A stretch of 64,000 bases of DNA, taken from IMG/VR virus record IMGVR_UViG_3300013132_000033, positions 1-64,000 of that record, one strand, 5' to 3'. Both the position numbers and the translations under genes were made by a program. The DNA comes from a virus. The notes beneath the pieces are model-generated. The model saw only the letters and a list, made by a program, of their open reading frames with translations, was not told the DNA's origin and searched no databases. The stretch's first letter is position 1; each line of letters begins with the position of its first letter. Below are positions 53,656 to 60,750 of this stretch, piece by piece.

Positions 53656-54179
53656 AGTAAATTAGATTTGTGTAAAGAATATTCTTCCAATACTGTTTCT
53701 AATTTAGAAACTGTAGATCCATTTACAATTTTGTAAATAAAATTTTCTGCATTCATAACATAAGTACTTTCTGTATTTTGTATATAATATGCTGTAGCAG
53801 CTAAAATTTCATCAAAAGTTACATCTTTATGAGAATGTAAAAATTGTTTTAATAAACTTACTACAGTTGCTTTAACACCCATGTTACCAACACGAGCATC
53901 TTTAAAAAGATGTCTATATTCATTAACACGATTTTCAATATTATTACTTGTATCCAAGATAATATCTGTAAGAATATCGTTTTCATAAAATGGTACATTA
54001 AGTATAAATGAAGATTTTATATAATCTCTTGTAATAACTCTGTCTTTTAATAATTTATTTAAATCTTCATCATCAATTGGAATATCCCAATTAAGTTCAT
54101 GTTTTATACTAAATAAATAACTAGCTACTAGATACGGTATTTTGAACTGGTTGAGGTATTGTAACATCATTGTGCTCAT
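53652..54179 (-). CDS. hypothetical protein (possible helicase loader/initiator)
   Basis: Track ORF 53652-54215; adjacent to DnaB; function inferred only. Confidence 0.55.
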   Translation of the reverse strand: MSTMMLQYLNQFKIPYLVASYLFSIKHELNWDIPIDDEDLNKLLKDRVITRDYIKSSFILNVPFYENDILTDIILDTSNNIENRVNEYRHLFKDARVGNMGVKATVVSLLKQFLHSHKDVTFDEILAATAYYIQNTESTYVMNAENFIYKIVNGSTVSKLETVLEEYSLHKSNLL

Positions 54180-54720
54180 AATAGTATTTTTTATTATTGT
54201 AATCAATCGCAACAATTACTCCAAGTTCGTCTTTACTCAATTTTTGAATACCTTGTAAATTACTAAATATTTTAAGTTGTGGATTATTATTTGCCATAAA
54301 AGAATTATACAAATATACTCTTTTATGAATAGTACTACATATACTAGTAGATAAATAGTTATAACGTTGTAATTCAGCTAATGCTATATACACATCTTGT
54401 AGTTTAATTTCTGGTCTATAGTGTATAGCAATCATAAATAAATCTACAACACTTCTAGAAGTATTATATTTTTTATCACTACCTCCGTGATTTACAGTTC
54501 GTTTAAATCTATGACTATATCTTTTTGTAAGATAACAAAAATTTAATTCTAAAATATATTTAATAAAATCAACAGTATTTTCAATTTCTAACAAATATTT
54601 TAAACGATCTTCAGGTAGATTTACAAAATAAATGGACGACAAATTTCGCAATTTATCGTCCATTTCATCAAATGAGTTAAATGTATATTTATTACAATTA
54701 ACTCGTAGTTGTTGGTACAT
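54121..54720 (-). CDS. hypothetical protein
   Basis: ORF track, 199 aa. Confidence 0.6.
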   Translation of the reverse strand: MYQQLRVNCNKYTFNSFDEMDDKLRNLSSIYFVNLPEDRLKYLLEIENTVDFIKYILELNFCYLTKRYSHRFKRTVNHGGSDKKYNTSRSVVDLFMIAIHYRPEIKLQDVYIALAELQRYNYLSTSICSTIHKRVYLYNSFMANNNPQLKIFSNLQGIQKLSKDELGVIVAIDYNNKKYYYEHNDVTIPQPVQNTVSSS

Positions 54721-55894
54721 ATTGGCTTATATTATTTATTCTTATATACTCAAGATCTAAAGACTCTAGCATTTTATTAAGCCATGTTTCTTCTTGCGTA
54801 TTTTTAGTTACAAATAGAAATACAACACCTGTTTGATTACTTTGACGCAATCTACCTACTCTTTGAATAAAATCTTTTTCTTTACTGTAATATGAATGAA
54901 ATATTACATAATTAAGATCTTTTAAATTAACGCCTTGTTTTAGCATTTTAAAAGAACCTATTGTGTTAATATTACCTTTATTAAATTCATCAATAAGGTG
55001 TTTATTTACAGATAGTGTATTTTTAGAAGAAACTGTTGGACATATTTTAATTAATTCATCTATACTATTACCAAATACTATAGTCCTGTCAAAATTATAC
55101 ATAGATAAAAGTTTGATTACTTGTCGAGTTTTAGACTTTAATCCATACAACAGATTATTACGTCTATTTCCCCAGTATCTAATTGTAAACTGATTTCCTG
55201 AAAATAAAGATTGTTTGTATCGCATATTAGCATACGTATATGCTTCATATTCTGTTTGATAAAATGTTTGCTCTTTACCATTTTTATCTTTATACGATAC
55301 AGCAATGTCTTTAGTTTTATTATCTAATTCGTGATCTACAATTATAATTTTTAATTTACGAGCTGTTTTATCTAATTGACCATCTTTAATTGAATATGTA
55401 GCACATATCGGTGCTATTGTATTTAACATGTCAAGTTTTGTATACTCGTTCCCTACTTCATCAGTATATGAAGTTTTTTTATCAATAGTTGCACTTAAAC
55501 CAAGTAAATGAGTATATCTATTATTAGTATAATACTTAAAATACTCAGGTGTAAGAGAGTCATGAATTTCATCCGCTACTACCATATCGTGATACAATCC
55601 TGCTTTTTTATAAGCAGATTGATAACATAGAAAACTAACTTTATGATGTGATCTAATATTATAACCAAACATCTCACGATATTTAGCCATATCTTCTTCT
55701 ATATTTTGTTCACGCATAGTTGTTTCTGCCAAAAACAATACAGACTTGGGTTTTAACAATTTTATCAAATGAAATGATATAAATGTTTTACCCAAGCCTG
55801 TTATTGCTTCAATTGTTACACGAAGACGTCCATGCTCGTCTAAAGAATTTATTGCTCTGTCTACGAGCATTTGTTGAACTTCGCTTTGATTCAT
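54698..55894 (-). CDS. superfamily 2 helicase
   Basis: TGLGKT, DEIH, SAT, QRVGRLR; start re-assigned to MNQSE at 55894. Confidence 0.85.
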   Translation of the reverse strand: MNQSEVQQMLVDRAINSLDEHGRLRVTIEAITGLGKTFISFHLIKLLKPKSVLFLAETTMREQNIEEDMAKYREMFGYNIRSHHKVSFLCYQSAYKKAGLYHDMVVADEIHDSLTPEYFKYYTNNRYTHLLGLSATIDKKTSYTDEVGNEYTKLDMLNTIAPICATYSIKDGQLDKTARKLKIIIVDHELDNKTKDIAVSYKDKNGKEQTFYQTEYEAYTYANMRYKQSLFSGNQFTIRYWGNRRNNLLYGLKSKTRQVIKLLSMYNFDRTIVFGNSIDELIKICPTVSSKNTLSVNKHLIDEFNKGNINTIGSFKMLKQGVNLKDLNYVIFHSYYSKEKDFIQRVGRLRQSNQTGVVFLFVTKNTQEETWLNKMLESLDLEYIRINNISQYVPTTTS

Positions 55895-55895
55895 T

Positions 55896-58424
55896 TTAAC
55901 CGCATTTAGAACTACCGCATTCTTTACACTTTTGACAACCTTCTTCATAAACGATAGCTTTACTACCACAATCTAAACATGTAGCTGTAGAAGTAGTACC
56001 ATCTGGAATATATTGTTTAAGTGTTCTTGCAATAGCTTTTGTAAAACTATTTAATTCGCCATCTGTTTTTAATAGTTGCTCTACAATAAATTTAATATCT
56101 GCACCATGTCGTAATGATGTAGAAATAAGTCTTGTAATAGCTTGTTGTTCATCCGACATTGATTTAGTAATATCATTAACAATACTAAATTCATTATCAA
56201 GTGTACAAGTTAAATTGTAAACTCCACGACTTTTCTTTTTTAAAAATCCTGTTTTATATCCTGAACATAAAATATTAGGAATACAGAATACTTCGTATGG
56301 TTTACGATCTAATAAACCTACTAAAATAGTGTAAGGTTCAGCTTTTGCTTTAATATGATAAATATCTACATGCAATTCTTCAGGACGTTTAGGAGCGTCT
56401 CGATATTCAAATACATCTGCTTTTTTAGCATCTATTTGAACTAGTACTCCTGTACGACATCCATCTCTATAAATAGTTGTACCTTTTAAACCTTTTTTCC
56501 ACGATTCAGTATAAATAGTTGCAACTTCATCTACTGTAACTTCGTTAGGTAAATTAATTGTACTACTTATACTATGTGTAGTATATTTTTGAATTATACC
56601 TTGAATTTCAACACGTTTAGTCCAATCTATATCATTAGCAGTTGATTCGTACCAAGGTGATAGTGCAAATAAACTTTGTATTTCATCATTAGACATTGCT
56701 TGAATTATTTCACAAGCAGTATCATAAGGAGTACTTGTAAATACACTATACCAATTAATAAATTTAGGATGCACTACAGGATATTCCATCCAAGTATCAC
56801 CATTTTGATCTGTAAAATCAACACGTACTCCAGAATCTCCTGGATTTACTTTTTTTCTCCTCATATAACCCCAATTAAACAATGGTTCTAATCCGCTAGT
56901 TGTTTGTGTGAGGATACTTACGGAACCTGTTGGGGCAACTGTTGAAAATGATACATTACGCCTGCCTTGTTCAATCATTCGTAATACTTCAGGATAAAAG
57001 TTATCAACTAACATTTGGTAAAATTGATTTTTACCTTTAATTGATGTTATTTTATCTTTGTTATCACGTACAATATCAAATTCAGCATTAGCATCAAATC
57101 CTATAAACGCACCATATTGCTCTGCCATATTAATAGAAGCATTTAACTCAGCTTTAAACTTAGTTTTCATTACTTCTTCAATAATTGATAGTGCTTCATT
57201 AGAATCGTATTTAATTCTTAAAGCGGCAAGCATATCACCTAAACCAGTAAATCCGCAACCTGTACGTCTACCAGATTTTGTAATGTACCTGATATTTTCC
57301 CATAGACTATATTCAGTATTATAGATAGACGGATCATCGCAATTAACACGATCATTATCAATTTTATCTAAAATTCTGTTTATATGTTCTACTTCAAGAT
57401 CAATTACACCATCAGCTAATACTTGTTGATTATACGACATTTCATATAATTTCTGATAGTCAATACGAGCATCTTTAGTAAAAGGATTATTTACAAATGA
57501 ATATAAATTTAACGCTATTAAACGACAAGCATCATATTTACCCATAAAGATTTCTCCGCATGGATTTGTAGTGATTCCTTTATATTCAGGATATACAGTA
57601 TCGGGAGAATAATCCCAATGCTTATCAATAAATATAATTCCTGGTTCGGCAGACGCCCAAGCTGCTTGAATAATTTGATCATAAATAGCTTTAGCGTTTA
57701 CTTTTTTTGTATAAACAGTTATGTTGTCTACATTAAATTGTTCATAATTGTCAGAAGCATTTTTTAATACTTCATCATTATCATAATCACACGGCCATCG
57801 AAGTACATAATCTTCATTATTAGTAACTGCTTTCATAAAATCATCGCGAAGCATTACACTAATATTAGCACCAGTTACTTTAGTAAGATCTTTTTTAATG
57901 TTTATAAAATGTTCAACATCAGGATGTCGTACATCTATTGAAATCATTAAAGCACCCCTACGTCCATTTTGAGCAACTTCTCTAGTACTATTAGAGTACC
58001 TATCCATAAAAGATACAGCTCCTGTCGATGATCCTGCAGCATTTGTAACTGGAGAATTAGCCGGCCTAAGTGTAGAAATATCAATACCTACACCACCACG
58101 TCGTTTCATTAACTGAACTAATTCTTCATCTTTACGCATAATACCTGAATAAGAATCATGAGGCTGACCAACTACAAAACAATTAGATAAACTAGCTATT
58201 TTGTAATTTTTACCTAATGTAGCCATTATACTACCTTGAGGAATAATGTATTTAAAATGATCAAACATAACCATTATTTCATCATATGAAAGTTTAGTAA
58301 CACGAGCAAATTCTCGTGCCATTCTTTCATGCATATCTTTAGGCGTAACATCCGCCTTATCAGAATATTTACCTTGCCATACTGACATGGCAAGTTCATC
58401 ATTATTAAAATATGCTTTTAACAT
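55896..58424 (-). CDS. nrdJ: class II (adenosylcobalamin-dependent) ribonucleotide reductase
   Basis: SNCF, TNPCGE, ACRL, TVAPTGS, TSGLEP, ISSTIN, YRDG; C-terminal Zn ribbon with CxxCGxSKCG; no NrdB gene in the window. Confidence 0.9.
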   Translation of the reverse strand: MLKAYFNNDELAMSVWQGKYSDKADVTPKDMHERMAREFARVTKLSYDEIMVMFDHFKYIIPQGSIMATLGKNYKIASLSNCFVVGQPHDSYSGIMRKDEELVQLMKRRGGVGIDISTLRPANSPVTNAAGSSTGAVSFMDRYSNSTREVAQNGRRGALMISIDVRHPDVEHFINIKKDLTKVTGANISVMLRDDFMKAVTNNEDYVLRWPCDYDNDEVLKNASDNYEQFNVDNITVYTKKVNAKAIYDQIIQAAWASAEPGIIFIDKHWDYSPDTVYPEYKGITTNPCGEIFMGKYDACRLIALNLYSFVNNPFTKDARIDYQKLYEMSYNQQVLADGVIDLEVEHINRILDKIDNDRVNCDDPSIYNTEYSLWENIRYITKSGRRTGCGFTGLGDMLAALRIKYDSNEALSIIEEVMKTKFKAELNASINMAEQYGAFIGFDANAEFDIVRDNKDKITSIKGKNQFYQMLVDNFYPEVLRMIEQGRRNVSFSTVAPTGSVSILTQTTSGLEPLFNWGYMRRKKVNPGDSGVRVDFTDQNGDTWMEYPVVHPKFINWYSVFTSTPYDTACEIIQAMSNDEIQSLFALSPWYESTANDIDWTKRVEIQGIIQKYTTHSISSTINLPNEVTVDEVATIYTESWKKGLKGTTIYRDGCRTGVLVQIDAKKADVFEYRDAPKRPEELHVDIYHIKAKAEPYTILVGLLDRKPYEVFCIPNILCSGYKTGFLKKKSRGVYNLTCTLDNEFSIVNDITKSMSDEQQAITRLISTSLRHGADIKFIVEQLLKTDGELNSFTKAIARTLKQYIPDGTTSTATCLDCGSKAIVYEEGCQKCKECGSSKCG

Positions 58425-58452
58425 ATTGAAAGGATTAAATGTGAATTTAAAT

Positions 58453-58590
58453 TTATTTTTTAAGTTTTTTAACTAAACGAAAGCCAAGAAAAGTAAAACG
58501 ATGATTTTTCTCATAGTAAACACGTACATTTATTTTACAAACTTCAATAACAGTACCATAAGAACCACCATAAATAAAAATATTATCCAT
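58453..58590 (-). CDS. array unit 12 (45 aa)
   Basis: MDNIFIYGGSYGTVIEVCKINVRVYYEKNHRFTFLGFRLVKKLKK*; 8-nt overlap with unit 11. Confidence 0.75.
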   Translation of the reverse strand: MDNIFIYGGSYGTVIEVCKINVRVYYEKNHRFTFLGFRLVKKLKK

Positions 58591-58723
58591 GTTTTAATGT
58601 TTTAATTAAACGGAACCCCAAGCCGCCGTAGCGGTAGTCGGGCGTGTCGCCGCTGCGATCCGCCACCCGGCAGTACTGCGGGTAGCCGTACCACGACCCG
58701 CCGCGAATATACTTATAATTCAT
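58583..58723 (-). CDS. array unit 11 (46 aa), very GC-rich core
   Basis: MNYKYIRGGSWYGYPQYCRVADRSGDTPDYRYGGLGFRLIKTLKHG*; TAATG overlap. Confidence 0.8.
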   Translation of the reverse strand: MNYKYIRGGSWYGYPQYCRVADRSGDTPDYRYGGLGFRLIKTLKHG

Positions 58724-58857
58724 TATTTCAGTTTTTTAATTAAACGAAATCCTAAGACTTTGTAGCGGTGATCCAGCTCGTCTAAGTACTGAAAATCGGG
58801 CAAGCAACCGATTGCTAGGCTACCATAGCTACCACCACGAATATACTTATAATTCAT
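58723..58857 (-). CDS. array unit 10 (44 aa)
   Basis: MNYKYIRGGSYGSLAIGCLPDFQYLDELDHRYKVLGFRLIKKLK*; ATGA overlap. Confidence 0.75.
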   Translation of the reverse strand: MNYKYIRGGSYGSLAIGCLPDFQYLDELDHRYKVLGFRLIKKLK

Positions 58858-58994
58858 GTTTTAACTGTTTTAATAAGTCTAAACCCAACATAATTACAAC
58901 AATATTGTTGATGACTCCACAATCGATCTGATGATTTACACGCTAGATTATTACTAATCCACGATCCACCATAATTAATAAGATAATTTTTCAT
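58854..58994 (-). CDS. array unit 9 (46 aa)
   Basis: MKNYLINYGGSWISNNLACKSSDRLWSHQQYCCNYVGFRLIKTVKT*; ATGA overlap. Confidence 0.75.
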   Translation of the reverse strand: MKNYLINYGGSWISNNLACKSSDRLWSHQQYCCNYVGFRLIKTVKT

Positions 58995-59131
58995 GATTTT
59001 AATGATTTAGTTAAACGAAAGCCAATGTATTGTGTCCTGAATGACGGTCGATAAGTTGTGCGAAAATCAGTACGGCAAAATTTTAGATTAAAATTATCCC
59101 AACAACCTCCAAAAATAATAAATGTATTCAT
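58991..59131 (-). CDS. array unit 8 (46 aa)
   Basis: MNTFIIFGGCWDNFNLKFCRTDFRTTYRPSFRTQYIGFRLTKSLKS*; ATGA overlap. Confidence 0.75.
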   Translation of the reverse strand: MNTFIIFGGCWDNFNLKFCRTDFRTTYRPSFRTQYIGFRLTKSLKS

Positions 59132-59271
59132 GATTTTAATATTTTAATTAATCGAAATCCAACATACAAATATTTGTAAATTGCTTTATTTCTAACATGT
59201 TCTGATGAACGATCAACTATTAAACAATTTTGATGATAAACACCTGTTCCTTTTATAGTTATTTGGTTCAT
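59128..59271 (-). CDS. array unit 7 (47 aa), AT-rich and diverged
   Basis: MNQITIKGTGVYHQNCLIVDRSSEHVRNKAIYKYLYVGFRLIKILKS*; ATGA overlap. Confidence 0.7.
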   Translation of the reverse strand: MNQITIKGTGVYHQNCLIVDRSSEHVRNKAIYKYLYVGFRLIKILKS

Positions 59272-59408
59272 AATTTTAATGATTTAGTTAAACGAAATCC
59301 TAAAGCGTTAGCATGATAATCCAATATACTAAGATTGCGATAAACTGTAAGACAACCGTAGTTAAAACTGCTACATCCACCGCCGCGAATGTTAAAATAT
59401 TTTTACAT
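59268..59408 (-). pseudogene. array unit 6 (ATG immediately followed by TAA)
   Basis: ATG(59408)-TAA then KYFNIRGGGCSSFNYGCLTVYRNLSILDYHANALGFRLTKSLKL*. Confidence 0.65.
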
Positions 59409-59539
59409 TTTAATGTTTTAATTAGACGAAAACCAACTATGTTGCTACGACACTCATGTACACCGATGTCACGATATAATACTCGACAACGCTCGGGAAC
59501 GTTAATCCAGCTACCGCTACAAAGAATAAAGGTATTCAT
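59300..59539 (-). CDS. array unit 5 (stop codon lost; reads through out of frame into unit 6)
   Basis: MNTFILCSGSWINVPERCRVLYRDIGVHECRSNIVGFRLIKTLK followed by a 35-aa extension. Confidence 0.65.
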   Translation of the reverse strand: MNTFILCSGSWINVPERCRVLYRDIGVHECRSNIVGFRLIKTLKCKNILTFAAVDVAVLTTVVLQFIAILVYWIIMLTL

Positions 59540-59673
59540 TATTTCAGTTTTTTAATTAAACGGAAGCCAATGCTGAAGTTGCGGAAGTCCGAATCGTCCC
59601 AGCCCCGAAACGCTACCCGGCAGTACTCCGGGGAGCGGTTCCAACTACCTCCAACAATATTAAAGTATTTCAT
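59539..59673 (-). CDS. array unit 4 (44 aa), GC-rich core
   Basis: MKYFNIVGGSWNRSPEYCRVAFRGWDDSDFRNFSIGFRLIKKLK*; TAATG overlap. Confidence 0.8.
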   Translation of the reverse strand: MKYFNIVGGSWNRSPEYCRVAFRGWDDSDFRNFSIGFRLIKKLK

Positions 59674-59807
59674 TATTTTAATGTTTTAATTAAGCGAAAG
59701 CCCAAAAAGTTGAAGCGGCGGTCCGGCCCGCTGATGAAGCGATCCGATGCGCGGCAGAACCTGGCAGTGTTGAGCCAGCCGCCGCTAAAAACTACAAATG
59801 TATTCAT
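59673..59807 (-). CDS. array unit 3 (44 aa), GC-rich core
   Basis: MNTFVVFSGGWLNTARFCRASDRFISGPDRRFNFLGFRLIKTLK*; TAATG overlap. Confidence 0.8.
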   Translation of the reverse strand: MNTFVVFSGGWLNTARFCRASDRFISGPDRRFNFLGFRLIKTLK

Positions 59808-59941
59808 TATTTTAATGTTTTAATTAAGCGAAAGCCGAGATGGCTGAAGCGGTAGTCCGGCCCGTAGAAGTTGCGATACGAAGCGCAGCAGTACACGGCA
59901 TTGATGACCCAGCTGCCGCCTTTTATAATAAAGTATTTCAT
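59807..59941 (-). CDS. array unit 2 (44 aa), GC-rich core
   Basis: MKYFIIKGGSWVINAVYCCASYRNFYGPDYRFSHLGFRLIKTLK*; TAATG overlap. Confidence 0.8.
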   Translation of the reverse strand: MKYFIIKGGSWVINAVYCCASYRNFYGPDYRFSHLGFRLIKTLK

Positions 59942-60072
59942 TATTTAAGTTTTTTGATTAATCGAAAACCAAGATATTTTTCGCAATATCTTAATTTATC
60001 ATAACTAGATATTGTTATACGGCAGTTTGTAATACTATTATAACTACCGCCTTTAATTATAATTTGTTTCAT
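59941..60072 (-). CDS. array unit 1 (43 aa)
   Basis: MKQIIIKGGSYNSITNCRITISSYDKLRYCEKYLGFRLIKKLK*. Confidence 0.75.
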   Translation of the reverse strand: MKQIIIKGGSYNSITNCRITISSYDKLRYCEKYLGFRLIKKLK

Positions 60073-60093
60073 TGTCAAGTAGTGTTAAAATTT

Positions 60094-60123
60094 AAAAAGG
60101 GGGCTGCTGTTAACAACCCCCTT
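60094..60123 (-). terminator. intrinsic terminator-like hairpin between the FGE gene and the array
   Basis: Minus strand AAGGGGGTTGTT-AAC-AGCAGCCCCCTTTTT. Confidence 0.7.
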
Positions 60124-60129
60124 AAAAAA

Positions 60130-60738
60130 TTATTTAGGTAGTGGCATGTTTTGATCTACGGACTGAGGAATTCGTTTGTTACGATAAAAATCAATAAAGT
60201 TTTGATTTGTAACGTTTGGAACAATAGGTCCATAGACACTATTAGTCCATTCCCACACGTTGCCGCTCATATCATACAGACCAATTGAATTTGGTTTTTT
60301 CAAACCAACAGGATGTGTTTCTCCGCCGGAATTTCCATAATACCATGCAACTTCGTCAATATTATCAGAACCTGCGTATTTATGTGAAGTCATTTCATGA
60401 CCTCCCCTTGCAGCATATTCCCACTGTTCTTCTGTTGGTAATTCATATTTATACTTAGGATCTAACTCATTAAGTTTTGCAATAAATTTTTTGATATCGT
60501 TGTAAGATATATTTTCAACAGGTCGATTTTCCCAATCAGGACGATTTTTAAAATACGATGGATTTTCACCCATCACATCTACCCATTGTTTTTGGGTAAC
60601 AAGAAATGTTGTCATTTCAAAATTTTCAGCAATCTCAACCATTTTGTTACGATTGGGACCGAAAAGAAATTTACCAGCAAGTACTTTTATAGTGCTGAAA
60701 TTTGGGAGTGTTGGTTTAAAACCTTTTGGTTTAGCCAT
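60130..60738 (-). CDS. FGE-sulfatase (SUMF1) / C-type-lectin-fold protein lacking the C-terminal RGGSW...GFR segment
   Basis: VTQxQW..VMGxNPSYF, PVENISY, LPTEEQWEYAARGG, HPVGxKKPNxxGLYDMSGNVWEW, then an unrelated ~36-aa tail. Confidence 0.9.
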   Translation of the reverse strand: MAKPKGFKPTLPNFSTIKVLAGKFLFGPNRNKMVEIAENFEMTTFLVTQKQWVDVMGENPSYFKNRPDWENRPVENISYNDIKKFIAKLNELDPKYKYELPTEEQWEYAARGGHEMTSHKYAGSDNIDEVAWYYGNSGGETHPVGLKKPNSIGLYDMSGNVWEWTNSVYGPIVPNVTNQNFIDFYRNKRIPQSVDQNMPLPK

Positions 60739-60750
60739 TTTGAAATTTTT

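Larger units (their letters stand above)
58453..60072 (-). repeat. tandem array of 12 ~135-nt mini-gene units encoding FGE/CLec C-terminal variable-region peptides
   Basis: Recurrent junction GGnTTyCGnTTAAyTAAAAmAyTrAAA-TAATG/ATGA about every 135 nt, separating variable cores. Confidence 0.9.

Noticed and set aside
181-57324. Many 60-120 aa antisense or nested ORFs in the track (e.g. 181-381, 5988-6344, 22554-22810, 57058-57324)
   Set aside because: They lie within longer, motif-supported genes and have no recognisable features
59313-59555. Plus-strand 80-aa ORF in the track
   Set aside because: Antisense shadow of array units 4-6
59971-59992. 8-bp inverted repeat AAGATATT/AATATCTT in unit 1 as a DGR-type hairpin
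   Set aside because: AT-rich, inside the coding core and absent from other units; likely chance
58453-60072. CRISPR array
   Set aside because: Repeats are degenerate and protein-coding, the 'spacers' are ~95 nt and homologous to one another, and no cas genes are present
58453-60738. Complete canonical DGR
   Set aside because: No RT, Avd or AAC-rich template repeat in the window; every unit has substituted codons at the variable positions. An RT elsewhere in the genome cannot be excluded
60130-60738. Active formylglycine-generating enzyme
   Set aside because: Lacks the C-terminal region that carries the FGE catalytic Cys motif; resembles the non-catalytic CLec-type subfamily
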